From IMG/VR virus record IMGVR_UViG_3300029288_000001, positions 1 to 64,000 of that record: a stretch of DNA of 64,000 nt; one strand, written 5' to 3'. Under the pieces are notes generated by a model. That model searched no databases. It saw nothing but the letters and a program-made list of their open reading frames with translations, and was not told where the DNA came from. A program made the translations under genes and the position numbers. Shown here piece after piece: positions 1 through 10,417 of the stretch (the first letter of the stretch is position 1; every line of letters starts with the position of its first letter). This stretch comes from a virus. Taxonomy: Duplodnaviria; Caudoviricetes.

Positions 1-2
1 AT

Positions 3-1421
3 AGAAACAAGATCACTAACAACACCGTCACAGCGAACGATTCCAACACTGCGAACCCCCAAGGTGGCGTGTATATCGACGCGGACAGCGATTATAACAT
101 AGTATCCTCTAATTCTATCACAAATAACAACAACATTGGCATAGGAAGCACTTATGGAGTCTATATCGCAAACGCGAACTGCGGCAATAATGTTATTTCT
201 GATAATGTAAGTACGGGAAACGACTATACATATCTAGACTTGGGAACTCAAACTGATATCGTATATTATTGCTCAACTATAACTGATATTTCCGACGCAA
301 TAACCTCTATAGGCGCAAACGCGGGAAAGATTATTATAGAAATAGGTAATTATACTTTATCTTCAATATTCACGATTGCTGGAGGGGGAAGCTACGATAT
401 AGAAGGTCAGGGCGAAGGAACTGTATTAATATCAGGAGACTATGGAGCGTTCTCTATCACAAGCGCAAGCTTTTGTAGCATTAAGAACTTAAAGATAGAT
501 GGAAGTGGAACAACTACTGCTGCTAGGAACATAATATCAGTTAGTGAAGGAGCTGATAGCCCTGTATATATTAATAGAGTTCATGTTATTGGAGGTTCCA
601 CAAAAGGAAGGTGTATTTATATATCTTCTAATAGTACGGAAGTTAGTAATTGTATTCTTGCAGAAGCTGTATATGGAATATATATAGATACGGCAGATAA
701 TTGCAAAATTCAAACAAATAATATTTCAGCAATTGATTCATTTGGAATATTTGTAACTGGTTCTTCAACTAAAACAATAATTAATAGTAATGATCTAACT
801 GATTGTGGAACTTATGGAATCCATATTGATACTGGTTGCACAAATACTGTTATAAGTAATAATAAAATATTATCATGTGTTTATGGAACATATTTTAATC
901 TGAATTCTACTGGGTGTCTTGTTACAGGAAATGTTTTTGGATCAAACACAACTACGGGTATATATTTAGCTACAGCAGGAAATATTTGTATGACGGGAAA
1001 TAATTTTTATAACAATAACACTGGAATATATGTATCTGATGGTTCGTATGTTATCTCTGGAAATGTATTCCAAATGAATATAAGTGGTGTTGTTACTAAT
1101 ACATTTGGCATACAAATAGCTATAGGATGCGGAACAATTAGTGGTAATTATATTATGTTTGATGGTGATCCTGTTAGCGCTGACGATTTATATGGAATCA
1201 AAATAGATGGAGGAATTCTAAATACTGTATCAGGTAATGTTATTTATAGTATTTCAAATACTGGTGTAGGTACAGGATATGGCGTGCGTATCACTGGTGG
1301 TTCTCTGGCAACTGTAGTTGGAAATACAATGTATGACTGTGATACAGAATTTAGCGACGCTGGAGCAAATACGCTTTATAAAACAGCATCACATAACGAT
1401 CCATATAATAATATTGCGTAA
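3..1421 (+). CDS. Right-handed parallel beta-helix (NosD/pectate-lyase-like) protein, 5'-truncated by the window; putative virion spike or adhesin
   Basis: The frame is open from base 3 (RNKITNNTVTANDSNTANPQGGVYI). Repeating GIYI...N.ISNN/ISGN beta-helix turns throughout. Confidence 0.85.
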   Translation, partial: RNKITNNTVTANDSNTANPQGGVYIDADSDYNIVSSNSITNNNNIGIGSTYGVYIANANCGNNVISDNVSTGNDYTYLDLGTQTDIVYYCSTITDISDAITSIGANAGKIIIEIGNYTLSSIFTIAGGGSYDIEGQGEGTVLISGDYGAFSITSASFCSIKNLKIDGSGTTTAARNIISVSEGADSPVYINRVHVIGGSTKGRCIYISSNSTEVSNCILAEAVYGIYIDTADNCKIQTNNISAIDSFGIFVTGSSTKTIINSNDLTDCGTYGIHIDTGCTNTVISNNKILSCVYGTYFNLNSTGCLVTGNVFGSNTTTGIYLATAGNICMTGNNFYNNNTGIYVSDGSYVISGNVFQMNISGVVTNTFGIQIAIGCGTISGNYIMFDGDPVSADDLYGIKIDGGILNTVSGNVIYSISNTGVGTGYGVRITGGSLATVVGNTMYDCDTEFSDAGANTLYKTASHNDPYNNIA

Positions 1422-1431
1422 AGGTAAAAAT

Positions 1432-1710
1432 ATGGTTGAAATAGAAGAAATAAGACGACAATTACGAGACTTATGTATTATCTCGTTAGAAGCGCTTCCA
1501 TCTCAAGCACAGCGAAGATTAGACATAGTAATGAAAGACGATACGAATTGTGATGTAATTAAAGAATACGCAGACGACCTTTCCCATCAGATTAACACGA
1601 TTCAATCCGTCTGTAAAGATGTTATTGACAATAAACAAGTTGACGAAACGCTCCATGTAGTTAAAACCATAAAAAAAGATATTTATCTCTATTGTAAAGA
1701 CGAAGAATAA
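1432..1710 (+). CDS. Hypothetical helical protein
   Basis: ATG at 1432 follows AAGGT, just behind the previous stop (MVEIEEIRRQL). Confidence 0.6.
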   Translation: MVEIEEIRRQLRDLCIISLEALPSQAQRRLDIVMKDDTNCDVIKEYADDLSHQINTIQSVCKDVIDNKQVDETLHVVKTIKKDIYLYCKDEE

Positions 1711-1711
1711 C

Positions 1712-1975
1712 TTATGTTTCGTTCTCTTTTTTATTTCTTTCTTTTATATCCACGATCACATAGAGGATCATGAAAACTAACATTAAAGGTATAAAGATTA
1801 ATTCCACGAACTGCTCGTTATATTTAAAATACCGCATGCAATAGATCCCGTGCATCGTAGACGCGTAGAACGCAATGTAAATCTGGTATGTTAATATTGC
1901 CCAGCCCACAACGGCAACGGAATAGAAATACCACCGTAGAATAACCTTTAACGCTTTTTTTCTTTCTTCGTTCAT
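1712..1975 (-). CDS. Small two-TM membrane protein
   Basis: Two hydrophobic stretches; ATGA overlap with the upstream gene. Confidence 0.65.
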   Translation of the reverse strand: MNEERKKALKVILRWYFYSVAVVGWAILTYQIYIAFYASTMHGIYCMRYFKYNEQFVELIFIPLMLVFMILYVIVDIKERNKKENET

Positions 1976-2274
1976 AGTTCGTAGAGTCTAGTTTCTTCTC
2001 CTCTTTTAGATCGTGCTTCTTTTACTAATTTATAATATTTAGTATAGAGTATTGCGTCTTCTAGTAAACATATTTCGTCTCTAAATATACTTAATAGATC
2101 TTCTAGTTCGTCTATGGCAACGGGAATGTAATCGCCGTTCCAGGTAATGACCACCTCTCCTATAGTAACTTGCGCACCGTCTTTCGTTCCGATCGTGGTC
2201 ACTAAGAGTTCTTTCTTCGAGCGCACGCGGATATCGTAGGCGTCTACGTCCGTTTTCCATACTTCTTCTCCCAT
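1972..2274 (-). CDS. Hypothetical protein
   Basis: Part of a tightly coupled minus-strand operon. Confidence 0.6.
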   Translation of the reverse strand: MGEEVWKTDVDAYDIRVRSKKELLVTTIGTKDGAQVTIGEVVITWNGDYIPVAIDELEDLLSIFRDEICLLEDAILYTKYYKLVKEARSKRGEETRLYEL

Positions 2275-2651
2275 CGTTTAAAATCCTCCTCTCTCTTTAA
2301 TAGATCGCGATATTCCCTTCGTTTTCTTCTCTCGTAGGTTCTTCCCCGATTCTCCGCTCTTAGTTCGATTAGCCGCACGAACGGTAGCGCGAACACGCTT
2401 CTTCCATGGATGTAGAAATTCTTTATAGTAATATGATCTTTTGTAACCGTTATTGCCGCATTATTGTTTTTCTTATATAATTGTAGTCCTACGCTTTTTC
2501 TCTTTCGAAAGTTAAACTCGAACCGTCTTCCGTCGAGCGTCAATCCTTTTCCATCTAGAGAGCGAAACATAATAATCTCCTCTAGCGGCATGCGTGGGTG
2601 TAATACCACGCCGTATTCTTCCAACAATTTTTCTTTTTTCTCTTCTTTCAT
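2244..2651 (-). CDS. Hypothetical basic protein
   Basis: ATGA overlap with 2648..3127. Confidence 0.6.
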   Translation of the reverse strand: MKEEKKEKLLEEYGVVLHPRMPLEEIIMFRSLDGKGLTLDGRRFEFNFRKRKSVGLQLYKKNNNAAITVTKDHITIKNFYIHGRSVFALPFVRLIELRAENRGRTYERRKRREYRDLLKREEDFKRWEKKYGKRT

Positions 2652-3127
2652 GTTTCAAACACCTCAAATAAAGGACCAACATCTATTTTCTCAACCTCGG
2701 AAGCCTCAAAAGTAGTGTGATCTAAATACATATCGGTCTTTATCTTCTCGTAGTCTTGTAGTTGGGGTATTACAAACGCTTTCCAATAGTCTTTGTGGCG
2801 GGACTCGTCCATAGTAGGATCTAATATGAAAAGTCCTATTCTACATAGGAAATTGATCTGGAAGCCCATCATGTCCTCTTTTGCCATATCGAGCATGTAC
2901 CAATAATTGTTTTCGCCGTCTCGTTCTTCGAGAGAAAGGCAATCGTAAAAATCGTAGCAATTGTCGCTCTCGAAGAGAATATGCGCGGGAGCGTTGTATA
3001 CTACTTCTGCGGGGATCTCCATTAAGGATCTCTCTCCTCGTTTCAAACACAATGTATTGTTCTTATCGGTATTGATAGCACAATACCATCCTCTAAACCG
3101 CATTGATTTCTTTTTTTCTTCTTTCAT
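2648..3127 (-). CDS. Hypothetical protein
   Basis: GAGGT SD before the ATG; operon packing. Confidence 0.6.
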   Translation of the reverse strand: MKEEKKKSMRFRGWYCAINTDKNNTLCLKRGERSLMEIPAEVVYNAPAHILFESDNCYDFYDCLSLEERDGENNYWYMLDMAKEDMMGFQINFLCRIGLFILDPTMDESRHKDYWKAFVIPQLQDYEKIKTDMYLDHTTFEASEVEKIDVGPLFEVFET

Positions 3128-3130
3128 TTT

Positions 3131-3655
3131 TTACCTCTCATTTTCCTTTCTCTCTCGAAACTGTGGATCGTCTGTGGGAGTATTAGGAAATTCTTTACTA
3201 AGAACGGTATTCATCATAAATTTACAAAACTTAGAATTACAAACAATCCCATTTCCAGACGAGAAATTACGGATTAGATTACCAGATATTAAAGTATTAT
3301 TTGCACCTACAAATATACCTCGCCCACTGTTTCCATTGAGAGCACAGTTTATGATTGAAATATATGCATCATAATATGTGTTATCTAGAATATTTATGAG
3401 CGTTTTTGTGTAATTAACTTGGGGATTTACTGTAATTACTAGCTCTTGTAGTTGGCAATATCTAACATCAGATCCTATTATAATTGCATTAATATCGCTA
3501 TTTATGATTATTTTTCCACTTAGATTAATAAAATCTTGTTCGATCATAATAGGCTTAGATAGAGAAACATCTTCTATTTCTATATATTTCCATTTACTTC
3601 CAATGATCTGGTGTAACTGATCTTCGTTTTCTACAACTATTGTATCTTCTTTCAT
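3131..3655 (-). CDS. Short beta-helix protein
   Basis: GRGIFVGANNTLISGNLIRN...GNGIVC repeats. Start placed at the ATGA overlap at 3655. Confidence 0.65.
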   Translation of the reverse strand: MKEDTIVVENEDQLHQIIGSKWKYIEIEDVSLSKPIMIEQDFINLSGKIIINSDINAIIIGSDVRYCQLQELVITVNPQVNYTKTLINILDNTYYDAYISIINCALNGNSGRGIFVGANNTLISGNLIRNFSSGNGIVCNSKFCKFMMNTVLSKEFPNTPTDDPQFRERKENER

Positions 3656-3846
3656 TCTTTCCACTTCGCGTTATATAACAAATTCTTAGCTCTTTTCCTT
3701 AGATTACCGATATACTCTTCGCTCCTCTCGATATCGAACTCAATAGAGGTAGAGTATTCTTGGATCATACCTCGTTTTAGATCTCGTATCTCGTCGATCA
3801 GATCGAACATGAACTCCTTTAAATCCTCTCTATATTCTTCTCTCAT
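3652..3846 (-). CDS. Hypothetical small protein
   Basis: ATGA overlaps at both ends. Confidence 0.6.
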   Translation of the reverse strand: MREEYREDLKEFMFDLIDEIRDLKRGMIQEYSTSIEFDIERSEEYIGNLRKRAKNLLYNAKWKE

Positions 3847-4028
3847 ATATCCATTATTCTATTTTCTGATTTATAAAAACGTAAAAGGCGCTGGATCTTT
3901 TCGTCATAACATTCTAATTTAGATGTACCAGGTAATTTCCTTAACATTTCGCGCGTTGTGCTCGTTATGGTTATGCTTACCTTACGGACTTCCTCGCGTG
4001 GATGTTTAAGACGCTTATCTTTGTTCAT
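3843..4028 (-). CDS. Ribbon-helix-helix DNA-binding protein
   Basis: VSITITSTTREMLRKL...YDEKIQRLL fits the RHH strand-helix-helix pattern; first gene of the operon. Confidence 0.65.
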   Translation of the reverse strand: MNKDKRLKHPREEVRKVSITITSTTREMLRKLPGTSKLECYDEKIQRLLRFYKSENRIMDI

Positions 4029-4180
4029 ATATATATATTGAATACGCTTTGATATATATAAACATACCGCTTTTGGATTAATCCTTAAATATATCGTATA
4101 TGTTATTATTATTTAATATAAAATTATATCTTAAATAAAAATATTAAATATTAAATAAAAAAGGTGAATGAATTATAATT
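4029..4180. promoter_or_regulatory. Divergent AT-rich promoter region with archaeal TATA-like boxes
   Basis: Minus-strand TTTATATA lies about 27-34 nt before ATG 4028, a leaderless geometry. On the plus strand, TTAAATA boxes and a GGTGA SD precede 4181. Confidence 0.6.
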
Positions 4181-4699
4181 TTGTACATTGACGATCGGCG
4201 CGTATATAAATTCCGTCCTGGTCAGAACATCAAGGTTAACGAGAGGTTCTACAGGATACGGGATTTGGAACGCATGAAATACTGGGAGTCGCTTGGCTCT
4301 GTCGCGGCAGGTGCTACGGGAACGAAAGAGTTCAATCCCACGCTACAGCCACGAGACGATTATTTGTATTTCATAGAAGACTGGGGCATCGACGGGAACT
4401 GCCAATTCAGGTTGGAATTCCCTCTCGGACAGCCCCACATGTTTCCGAGAAGCGCCGACGAGTATATAGACTTCGATCTAGCGAATAAGCTAATGCCCAT
4501 GTATTTCCCCGTGATCGTGAAAAAGCCAGATTACCCTGCGGTAAGGCTCTATAACCCTACCGGCGCGGCTAACACGTCCATCATGTGGATCTTTGGACAG
4601 AAGTTCTATGTGGACGACATTACGAGAACACCACCCCCAGTAAACGAATATATCGAAATGACCGACTTCCCCAAGGCTGGAAACCTGGGGACAGCGTAG
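4181..4699 (+). CDS. Beta-rich putative virion protein, possibly single jelly-roll capsid-like
   Basis: First gene of the plus-strand block; TTG start after GGTGA; alternating beta-strand pattern. The fold is inference only. Confidence 0.45.
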   Translation: MYIDDRRVYKFRPGQNIKVNERFYRIRDLERMKYWESLGSVAAGATGTKEFNPTLQPRDDYLYFIEDWGIDGNCQFRLEFPLGQPHMFPRSADEYIDFDLANKLMPMYFPVIVKKPDYPAVRLYNPTGAANTSIMWIFGQKFYVDDITRTPPPVNEYIEMTDFPKAGNLGTA

Positions 4700-4712
4700 A
4701 GGTGCTTAGAAC

Positions 4713-5201
4713 ATGACAGACGATGTAATGAGAATGAAGTTTTGGATGGAGAAATGTCAAGGCGCAGGTGGTTTCCTCGTCAACGCGGTTAATAATTTAG
4801 TGTCGGCGTCGAAATACTACGAGCAGACCGCGTGTTATAACACCGCAGGAGACGCGAACGCGAACGGCACGAGTCTTGGCACGATCACGATCGAAATCGA
4901 CGAAATTTGTATAGGCGTGGAGTTTATGGGCGCCGCAAACGTCCCAAGTCTCATACGAGTGGGAACGGGCGCATTAGCGACTCCCCCTACCGACTACGAT
5001 TGGATCGCAGTAAATACGACCATTACGGGCAAAATGTCCGATGGAAGCACCCCCCTCTTTATCATAAACAATGTGGGTGGTGGTGCGGCTCTGACTCTAC
5101 GCGCATATGCTCCGCGACTTCAATATGTAGCAGTGGTAAACAACCCAATAACTAGTTATTTCTACATGAAACTAGGAGTGTTGAATATTCCAATAGTATA
5201 A
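4713..5201 (+). CDS. Beta-rich putative virion protein
   Basis: GAGGTG SD; Gly/Ala/Thr-rich beta composition. Confidence 0.5.
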   Translation: MTDDVMRMKFWMEKCQGAGGFLVNAVNNLVSASKYYEQTACYNTAGDANANGTSLGTITIEIDEICIGVEFMGAANVPSLIRVGTGALATPPTDYDWIAVNTTITGKMSDGSTPLFIINNVGGGAALTLRAYAPRLQYVAVVNNPITSYFYMKLGVLNIPIV

Positions 5202-5205
5202 TAAA

Positions 5206-5622
5206 ATGGAGGAAAAAAATATGACTGAAGAAAAAACAGTTCAAGAAAAAATAGAAGAGAAGAAGGAAGAGTTGAAATCAAAACGCTCTCCAAAGTCGAA
5301 GAAAGAAGAAAAGGAAGCTGAGCCTGAGAAAAAGGACGCGACTCCAAGCGAGATCACGCCCCAAGCGGTTATAGCTAACGGAGCTCAGAAACAACCCGTT
5401 GCTCCCGTCGATCCCAACAAAGTAGCTCAGCTATTCCAAGCTATGTCGAACGAGATCGGCAATCTAAAAACCTTCTTGGCGAATTTACAGCTCGACATGA
5501 AAGCGTTAAACAAAGACAACGAAAACATTGAAAAACGATTTGGACTCGTAGATAAGCAGTTCGAACTAGTAGAACGAGAAGTCAAGGTAAATCAGAAAAT
5601 CATAGACCAGCTCTTAAAGTAG
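5206..5622 (+). CDS. Charged N-terminus plus C-terminal coiled-coil protein
   Basis: K/E-rich head and heptad-like tail. The start may be ATG 5221, after GGAGG. Confidence 0.6.
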   Translation: MEEKNMTEEKTVQEKIEEKKEELKSKRSPKSKKEEKEAEPEKKDATPSEITPQAVIANGAQKQPVAPVDPNKVAQLFQAMSNEIGNLKTFLANLQLDMKALNKDNENIEKRFGLVDKQFELVEREVKVNQKIIDQLLK

Positions 5623-5638
5623 GGAGGTAATGATCTAA

Positions 5639-8600
5639 ATGACATTATATGGATCGTTATCACCGGATCTAAGACAAGAGACCCAAGAGAGCATACGCAT
5701 TCTCGATATGGTCGATCTAGACCTATCACACTACTTCGATATCAATGTTGACGAAGACGCTACTTACACTTTGTTCTCTCCCAAAATCGGAGATATAAGA
5801 ATGCAAGATCCAGACGACTCAGGCAATACCGATTACATTCAATTCACGATGGATGTCGCCGCAGGAGCTATATTACATAATACTTCAATGATAACGGACG
5901 GTAATGTTCATAGAATCCTTGCAAGCGGCACCTTCAACGGAACCGCCGCCACTCGATCGGTAAACTACTTAGAACTCGATCTAGATGGTATTACTGTAAA
6001 CGACGCTGCTGCAAACGCAGTTACTCTAAAAGGAATGAATGTGGACTTTAACGGTCTTACCGCAACTGCTGTAGGATTATCAAGCATTTATGGTCTTAGC
6101 GTAGAGCTCCCAACCATCATGTCCACTTGGGCAGGAGGTTACGGAGTTCGAGTCGCAGAGAACACCAACGACATGGTCGCCGAGTTAGTAAACCACTCTG
6201 GCTACGGTTTATATCTATACGGAGATACTTCTAATAGCGGAAGAACTTGGATGAATGTTACTCCTTCCACACAGACTATTACTGCCGATGTAAACAATAA
6301 ATACCTTAACATTTCAATGGCGAACCTCACCATAAACGACGGTGCTAACACGCCCGAGTTTTACGGTATTGACGCGAACATGACCGCGGGTACTCAGACC
6401 GCCGTAGATGGCACAATTCTTTATGGTGCGCGGTTCTTAATGCCCGATATTTCCGCGTATGGAAGCGGTGCAGGTTTACAGATCACGGAAAACACGACCG
6501 ATTCGATCGTAGAAATTGTCAATAAAGCGAACAACGCGATCAAGATTTACGGCGCGAATGTAGAAGCGCGAGATTGGTTCTTAATACAACCATCGGCTTC
6601 GACTATTATCGCAAGTAATACGATCAATTATGGTCTTATTTCAAACGCGAATATAACCATAAACGATGGTGCGAACACACCTACAATTCGAGGTTTATAT
6701 TTAGACTTAGATGGTGAAACCCAAACCGCCGTAGATGGAACAACTTTTAATGGTCTACAGATCGATGTGAAGAACTTAGTTGGGTATAGTGCGGCTGCCG
6801 CGTTACAAGTAAACGAGAACACAAACGACACCGTTGTGGAAATAGTGAACAAAGCGTACAACGCGTTAAAGATCGTAGGAGACAAAGTAGATGTCTCTCG
6901 TAATTGGGTTGTAGTACAACCGAGCACGTCTACGATAAATTCTACCGTTTCACATAACTTCATTACCGTTGATCTCGACAACTTAGTGATCGACGATGGT
7001 GCTACCACCCCCACGATACGAGGATTCTACGGATATTTCGACGAACCCACCTCTACGGGAGTAGATGGCACGACCTTCCTAGGTATGGACTTAGTAATGC
7101 CTCGTTCAGGTGCGTATTTATTGGAAAGAGGTCTTCAGATCGTAGCGGATAAAACGACTGCTAACAACGCAAACACTATTTTTGCTTCAAGAGACATTAA
7201 CGGCACGGTTGCGGGAGCGGTAGCTCTTACTAACTACGCCAACGCGTTAAGTCAAGTAGTTAACCACACTGGTGGAGACTTTATCGTCACCCAAACGGCA
7301 GCAACTGCGGGTACTCTCAATGTAGAGCTAGCACACACATTAAATACTGGCGCGGCAACCGCGGGAGCAGACGTATTCGCTTCTACCGCGTTAAATATTG
7401 ATGTTGACGCGACCGTTGCGGGAAATGCGGGCTCACAATTAACCACAACTGCACGCGCGTTAGATATATCGTATGCTCTCACGGAAACATTAGGTGTCAT
7501 GTTATTAGGAGGTACTGATGTTGCTCGAATTGCCATGACGCTTCCTACGGGAGTAGCGGCAACAGGAGCAGTCCAAGTCGATATATTGGAACTCAACGCC
7601 GATGCAGTTACTCTTAACGACGCGAATTACACGTTTAATGTTCTTAACATTGACGCTTCCGACTTAACTAACACTTCGAGTACAGCGGCAAGATTGATCA
7701 ATTTAACCATGCCCGACGATTCCAACGCTACGGTTGCGTTAAACATCGTAGCAGATACTACTACAGCAAATAGTCAACGAACCATTTTAACTTCAAGAGA
7801 CATTAACGGAACCGTTGCAGGAGCCGTTGCGCTCACTAACTACGCAAATGTGCTTGGACAAGCGGTTACTCACTCTGGAGGAGACTTCGTAGTCACGCAA
7901 ACCGCAGATACTGCGGGAATCATGCAATTAAACTTAGAACACAATCTTACTATTGATACGGCAGCGGCAGATGTATGTAGTTCAACCGCGTTAGACATTA
8001 ATGTTACTCCTACGTGCAATCACGCTACGGGAGAGTTAAATGTCGGAGCGCGTGCGTTAGATATAAATTATCTGATCACGAACACAGCAGGAACTACGAC
8101 TTTATTAGCCGATGTAGATGTTGCGAGAATCGTATTAGACTCCGCAGGAACCGATTGGGCGTGCGGTGCAGTTAGTTGGGATATATTAGAGCTAAACGCG
8201 AACAGTTTCATTGCAAACGACGCTGACTTCACTTTACGAGGGTTAAATCTCGATTTTACAACGATAACCTTAACTGCGTTTGCAGCGTTCTACGGAGAAC
8301 AGATTTCCGTTCCTACTTTAACAGGTGCCTCTTCTGGATTACATGTGATCGAAAACACAAACGATAGAACCGTAGATTTAATAACACCTGCTACTTCAAT
8401 TTTACTAGGTGGAGATACCATAGAATCCGGTAGTTGGTTGTCTATAGTTCCTTCTGCGGCAACGATCAACGCGGGCAATACGATCAATTTAGTCAATATT
8501 GATACCGATGCGTGGATCATCAACGACGCGGCAACAAGTCCGATCATACGGGCTATTTACGCGAACCTAGACGACATGACCGAGACCGATGTGAACGGAA

Positions 8601-10393
8601 CGACCTTATACGGTCTACGATTAGATATCCCAAACATTACGGGATATGTCGCAGGCTCGGCGGGTTTATCCGTGAACAACACCGCGGGCGGCAAGTTTGA
8701 AGTATTACCTCAGACGGGAGAAGTGTGCTACATAACCCCAAGTGGAAATGTGGACGCTCTTGAGATCGATTTAACTAACAACGCGTGGACTTCTGCAAGC
8801 GCAATTGATATTAACATAGGCGATTGGATCGGAGGTTCTAACATAATCGATATTTCCGCAACTCAAGCGGGCACGGTTGCGACTAACGCGGCAATGCAAA
8901 AGATCGACATGGGAACGAATGTCACCTTTACCGATGGCGGAGCAGCAACCCAATTCTACTACGGTCTTAATATTCAAGCGGCTGCCATAACAGCGGCACA
9001 CGCGAACTTCGCGGGATTAGCGGGTATTAACATCGCCATGCCTGCGAATGGACACGCTGCGTGGGGCGGAAACAAGACATCGGCAATTCACGCTACGGGA
9101 AACGGAAACACCTTCGACGCTTTACTCGGAGACGGTATTAAATTAACCATGACCGAAGCAGCTTCTATTGGTGTGGATTTGATCTCCGACGCATCTAATT
9201 TAGCGAACGCGATGCAAACGATAGTATCTTCGAGAGATATCACGGGCGCGTTAACTGCCGATCGAGCTATGACGGTATATTCCGTTGCTCATAGTATTAA
9301 TAACGTAAACACAACCGCGGGAGACTTCGATTTATCGTTCGCTTCTGGTGGAGTTCAAAGCATTACCATGTCGCAAACTTGCTCAACCGATCAAGACAAG
9401 ACACATCCCGACACTTTTGCGGGTACAGCGTTATTAATCGATGTAGATGCGGTCACGAACACCAACGCGAACGCGGAATTAGATTGTACTGCGAGAGCGT
9501 TAGACATATCATACGCTTTAACCGAAACTCTTGGAACATTACGCTTAGGTACAACTGATGTAGTTAGAGTGCAATCCACGCTTCCCAACCTTCTTTCGAG
9601 CGCAGGAGCGTTCAATTACAACTTGGTTAATATTGACGCGAACGACACTCTTAACGACATTAACATGACTTACGCGTTGTTAAACTTAGACGCTAGCGGA
9701 TTGACTTACACTTCTGCGGCTGCGTCGTATTGCGAATACATTAATTCGCGCACGGGCATGACCGCAGGGTTATATGTGAAATGTCAAGCCGTGACCGACC
9801 CAGCTATTACTACCGACGGAGAGATCGTTGCGGGAAACTTAGCGGCAACGCAATACATGCCGTTCCAAGGGCTTGAAACATCCGACGAAGTTACCGTTAC
9901 GGTCACTACTCAAATAGATAGTTCCGTAGGAACAGCAGGTGCAGGCGTAGCGAACACAAGACATCAAGTCGTGAAAGTTTTAGCTACCGCAGGCGCACCA
10001 GATACGGTTAAGGTATGGTTCCAATACGAAGTTCCAGCAGATTACAAGAACTCGTTAGACGATGGTGATATTTACGGGTGTATTGCTGGTTACGACGCAG
10101 TAGGAGGTCCAGCAGTCATAGGAACAGTAGCAGTCAACGTCTACACCGAGGCACAAGCAGGTCCCGAGAACACGGGAGGAGGAACTGCGTGTAACATCAC
10201 GGGAGGAGCCGCAGCAACCAATTGGGCACTTATCTCTGCGTTATCGACTCCACAAGATCATATTCCCACCGCAAACGCCGCGCACTTCGTTCCAGGCACG
10301 AAAGTTATGGTTGAATACACCGTATCCATAACCACGATCAACGACTACATGGAATTTACCATCCCACGAATAAAATACGCTAGAATTAGTTAA
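5639..10393 (+). CDS. 1584-aa repetitive beta-rich fibre/adhesin-like virion protein
   Basis: GGAGGT SD. Two internal repeat classes: INDGANTP-type about 110 aa, and SRDINGTVAGAVALTNYAN / ARALDISY-type about 200 aa. Rich in Thr, Ala, Asn and Asp. Confidence 0.75.
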   Translation: MTLYGSLSPDLRQETQESIRILDMVDLDLSHYFDINVDEDATYTLFSPKIGDIRMQDPDDSGNTDYIQFTMDVAAGAILHNTSMITDGNVHRILASGTFNGTAATRSVNYLELDLDGITVNDAAANAVTLKGMNVDFNGLTATAVGLSSIYGLSVELPTIMSTWAGGYGVRVAENTNDMVAELVNHSGYGLYLYGDTSNSGRTWMNVTPSTQTITADVNNKYLNISMANLTINDGANTPEFYGIDANMTAGTQTAVDGTILYGARFLMPDISAYGSGAGLQITENTTDSIVEIVNKANNAIKIYGANVEARDWFLIQPSASTIIASNTINYGLISNANITINDGANTPTIRGLYLDLDGETQTAVDGTTFNGLQIDVKNLVGYSAAAALQVNENTNDTVVEIVNKAYNALKIVGDKVDVSRNWVVVQPSTSTINSTVSHNFITVDLDNLVIDDGATTPTIRGFYGYFDEPTSTGVDGTTFLGMDLVMPRSGAYLLERGLQIVADKTTANNANTIFASRDINGTVAGAVALTNYANALSQVVNHTGGDFIVTQTAATAGTLNVELAHTLNTGAATAGADVFASTALNIDVDATVAGNAGSQLTTTARALDISYALTETLGVMLLGGTDVARIAMTLPTGVAATGAVQVDILELNADAVTLNDANYTFNVLNIDASDLTNTSSTAARLINLTMPDDSNATVALNIVADTTTANSQRTILTSRDINGTVAGAVALTNYANVLGQAVTHSGGDFVVTQTADTAGIMQLNLEHNLTIDTAAADVCSSTALDINVTPTCNHATGELNVGARALDINYLITNTAGTTTLLADVDVARIVLDSAGTDWACGAVSWDILELNANSFIANDADFTLRGLNLDFTTITLTAFAAFYGEQISVPTLTGASSGLHVIENTNDRTVDLITPATSILLGGDTIESGSWLSIVPSAATINAGNTINLVNIDTDAWIINDAATSPIIRAIYANLDDMTETDVNGTTLYGLRLDIPNITGYVAGSAGLSVNNTAGGKFEVLPQTGEVCYITPSGNVDALEIDLTNNAWTSASAIDINIGDWIGGSNIIDISATQAGTVATNAAMQKIDMGTNVTFTDGGAATQFYYGLNIQAAAITAAHANFAGLAGINIAMPANGHAAWGGNKTSAIHATGNGNTFDALLGDGIKLTMTEAASIGVDLISDASNLANAMQTIVSSRDITGALTADRAMTVYSVAHSINNVNTTAGDFDLSFASGGVQSITMSQTCSTDQDKTHPDTFAGTALLIDVDAVTNTNANAELDCTARALDISYALTETLGTLRLGTTDVVRVQSTLPNLLSSAGAFNYNLVNIDANDTLNDINMTYALLNLDASGLTYTSAAASYCEYINSRTGMTAGLYVKCQAVTDPAITTDGEIVAGNLAATQYMPFQGLETSDEVTVTVTTQIDSSVGTAGAGVANTRHQVVKVLATAGAPDTVKVWFQYEVPADYKNSLDDGDIYGCIAGYDAVGGPAVIGTVAVNVYTEAQAGPENTGGGTACNITGGAAATNWALISALSTPQDHIPTANAAHFVPGTKVMVEYTVSITTINDYMEFTIPRIKYARIS

Positions 10394-10417
10394 TTGATTA
10401 ATATCCTTAACTCTTTT

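Noticed and set aside
6628-9615. Antisense ORFs within the 1584-aa gene, and most plus-strand ORFs from 23.6 to 64 kb
   Set aside because: Shadow frames of real opposite-strand genes, with no SD and atypical composition.
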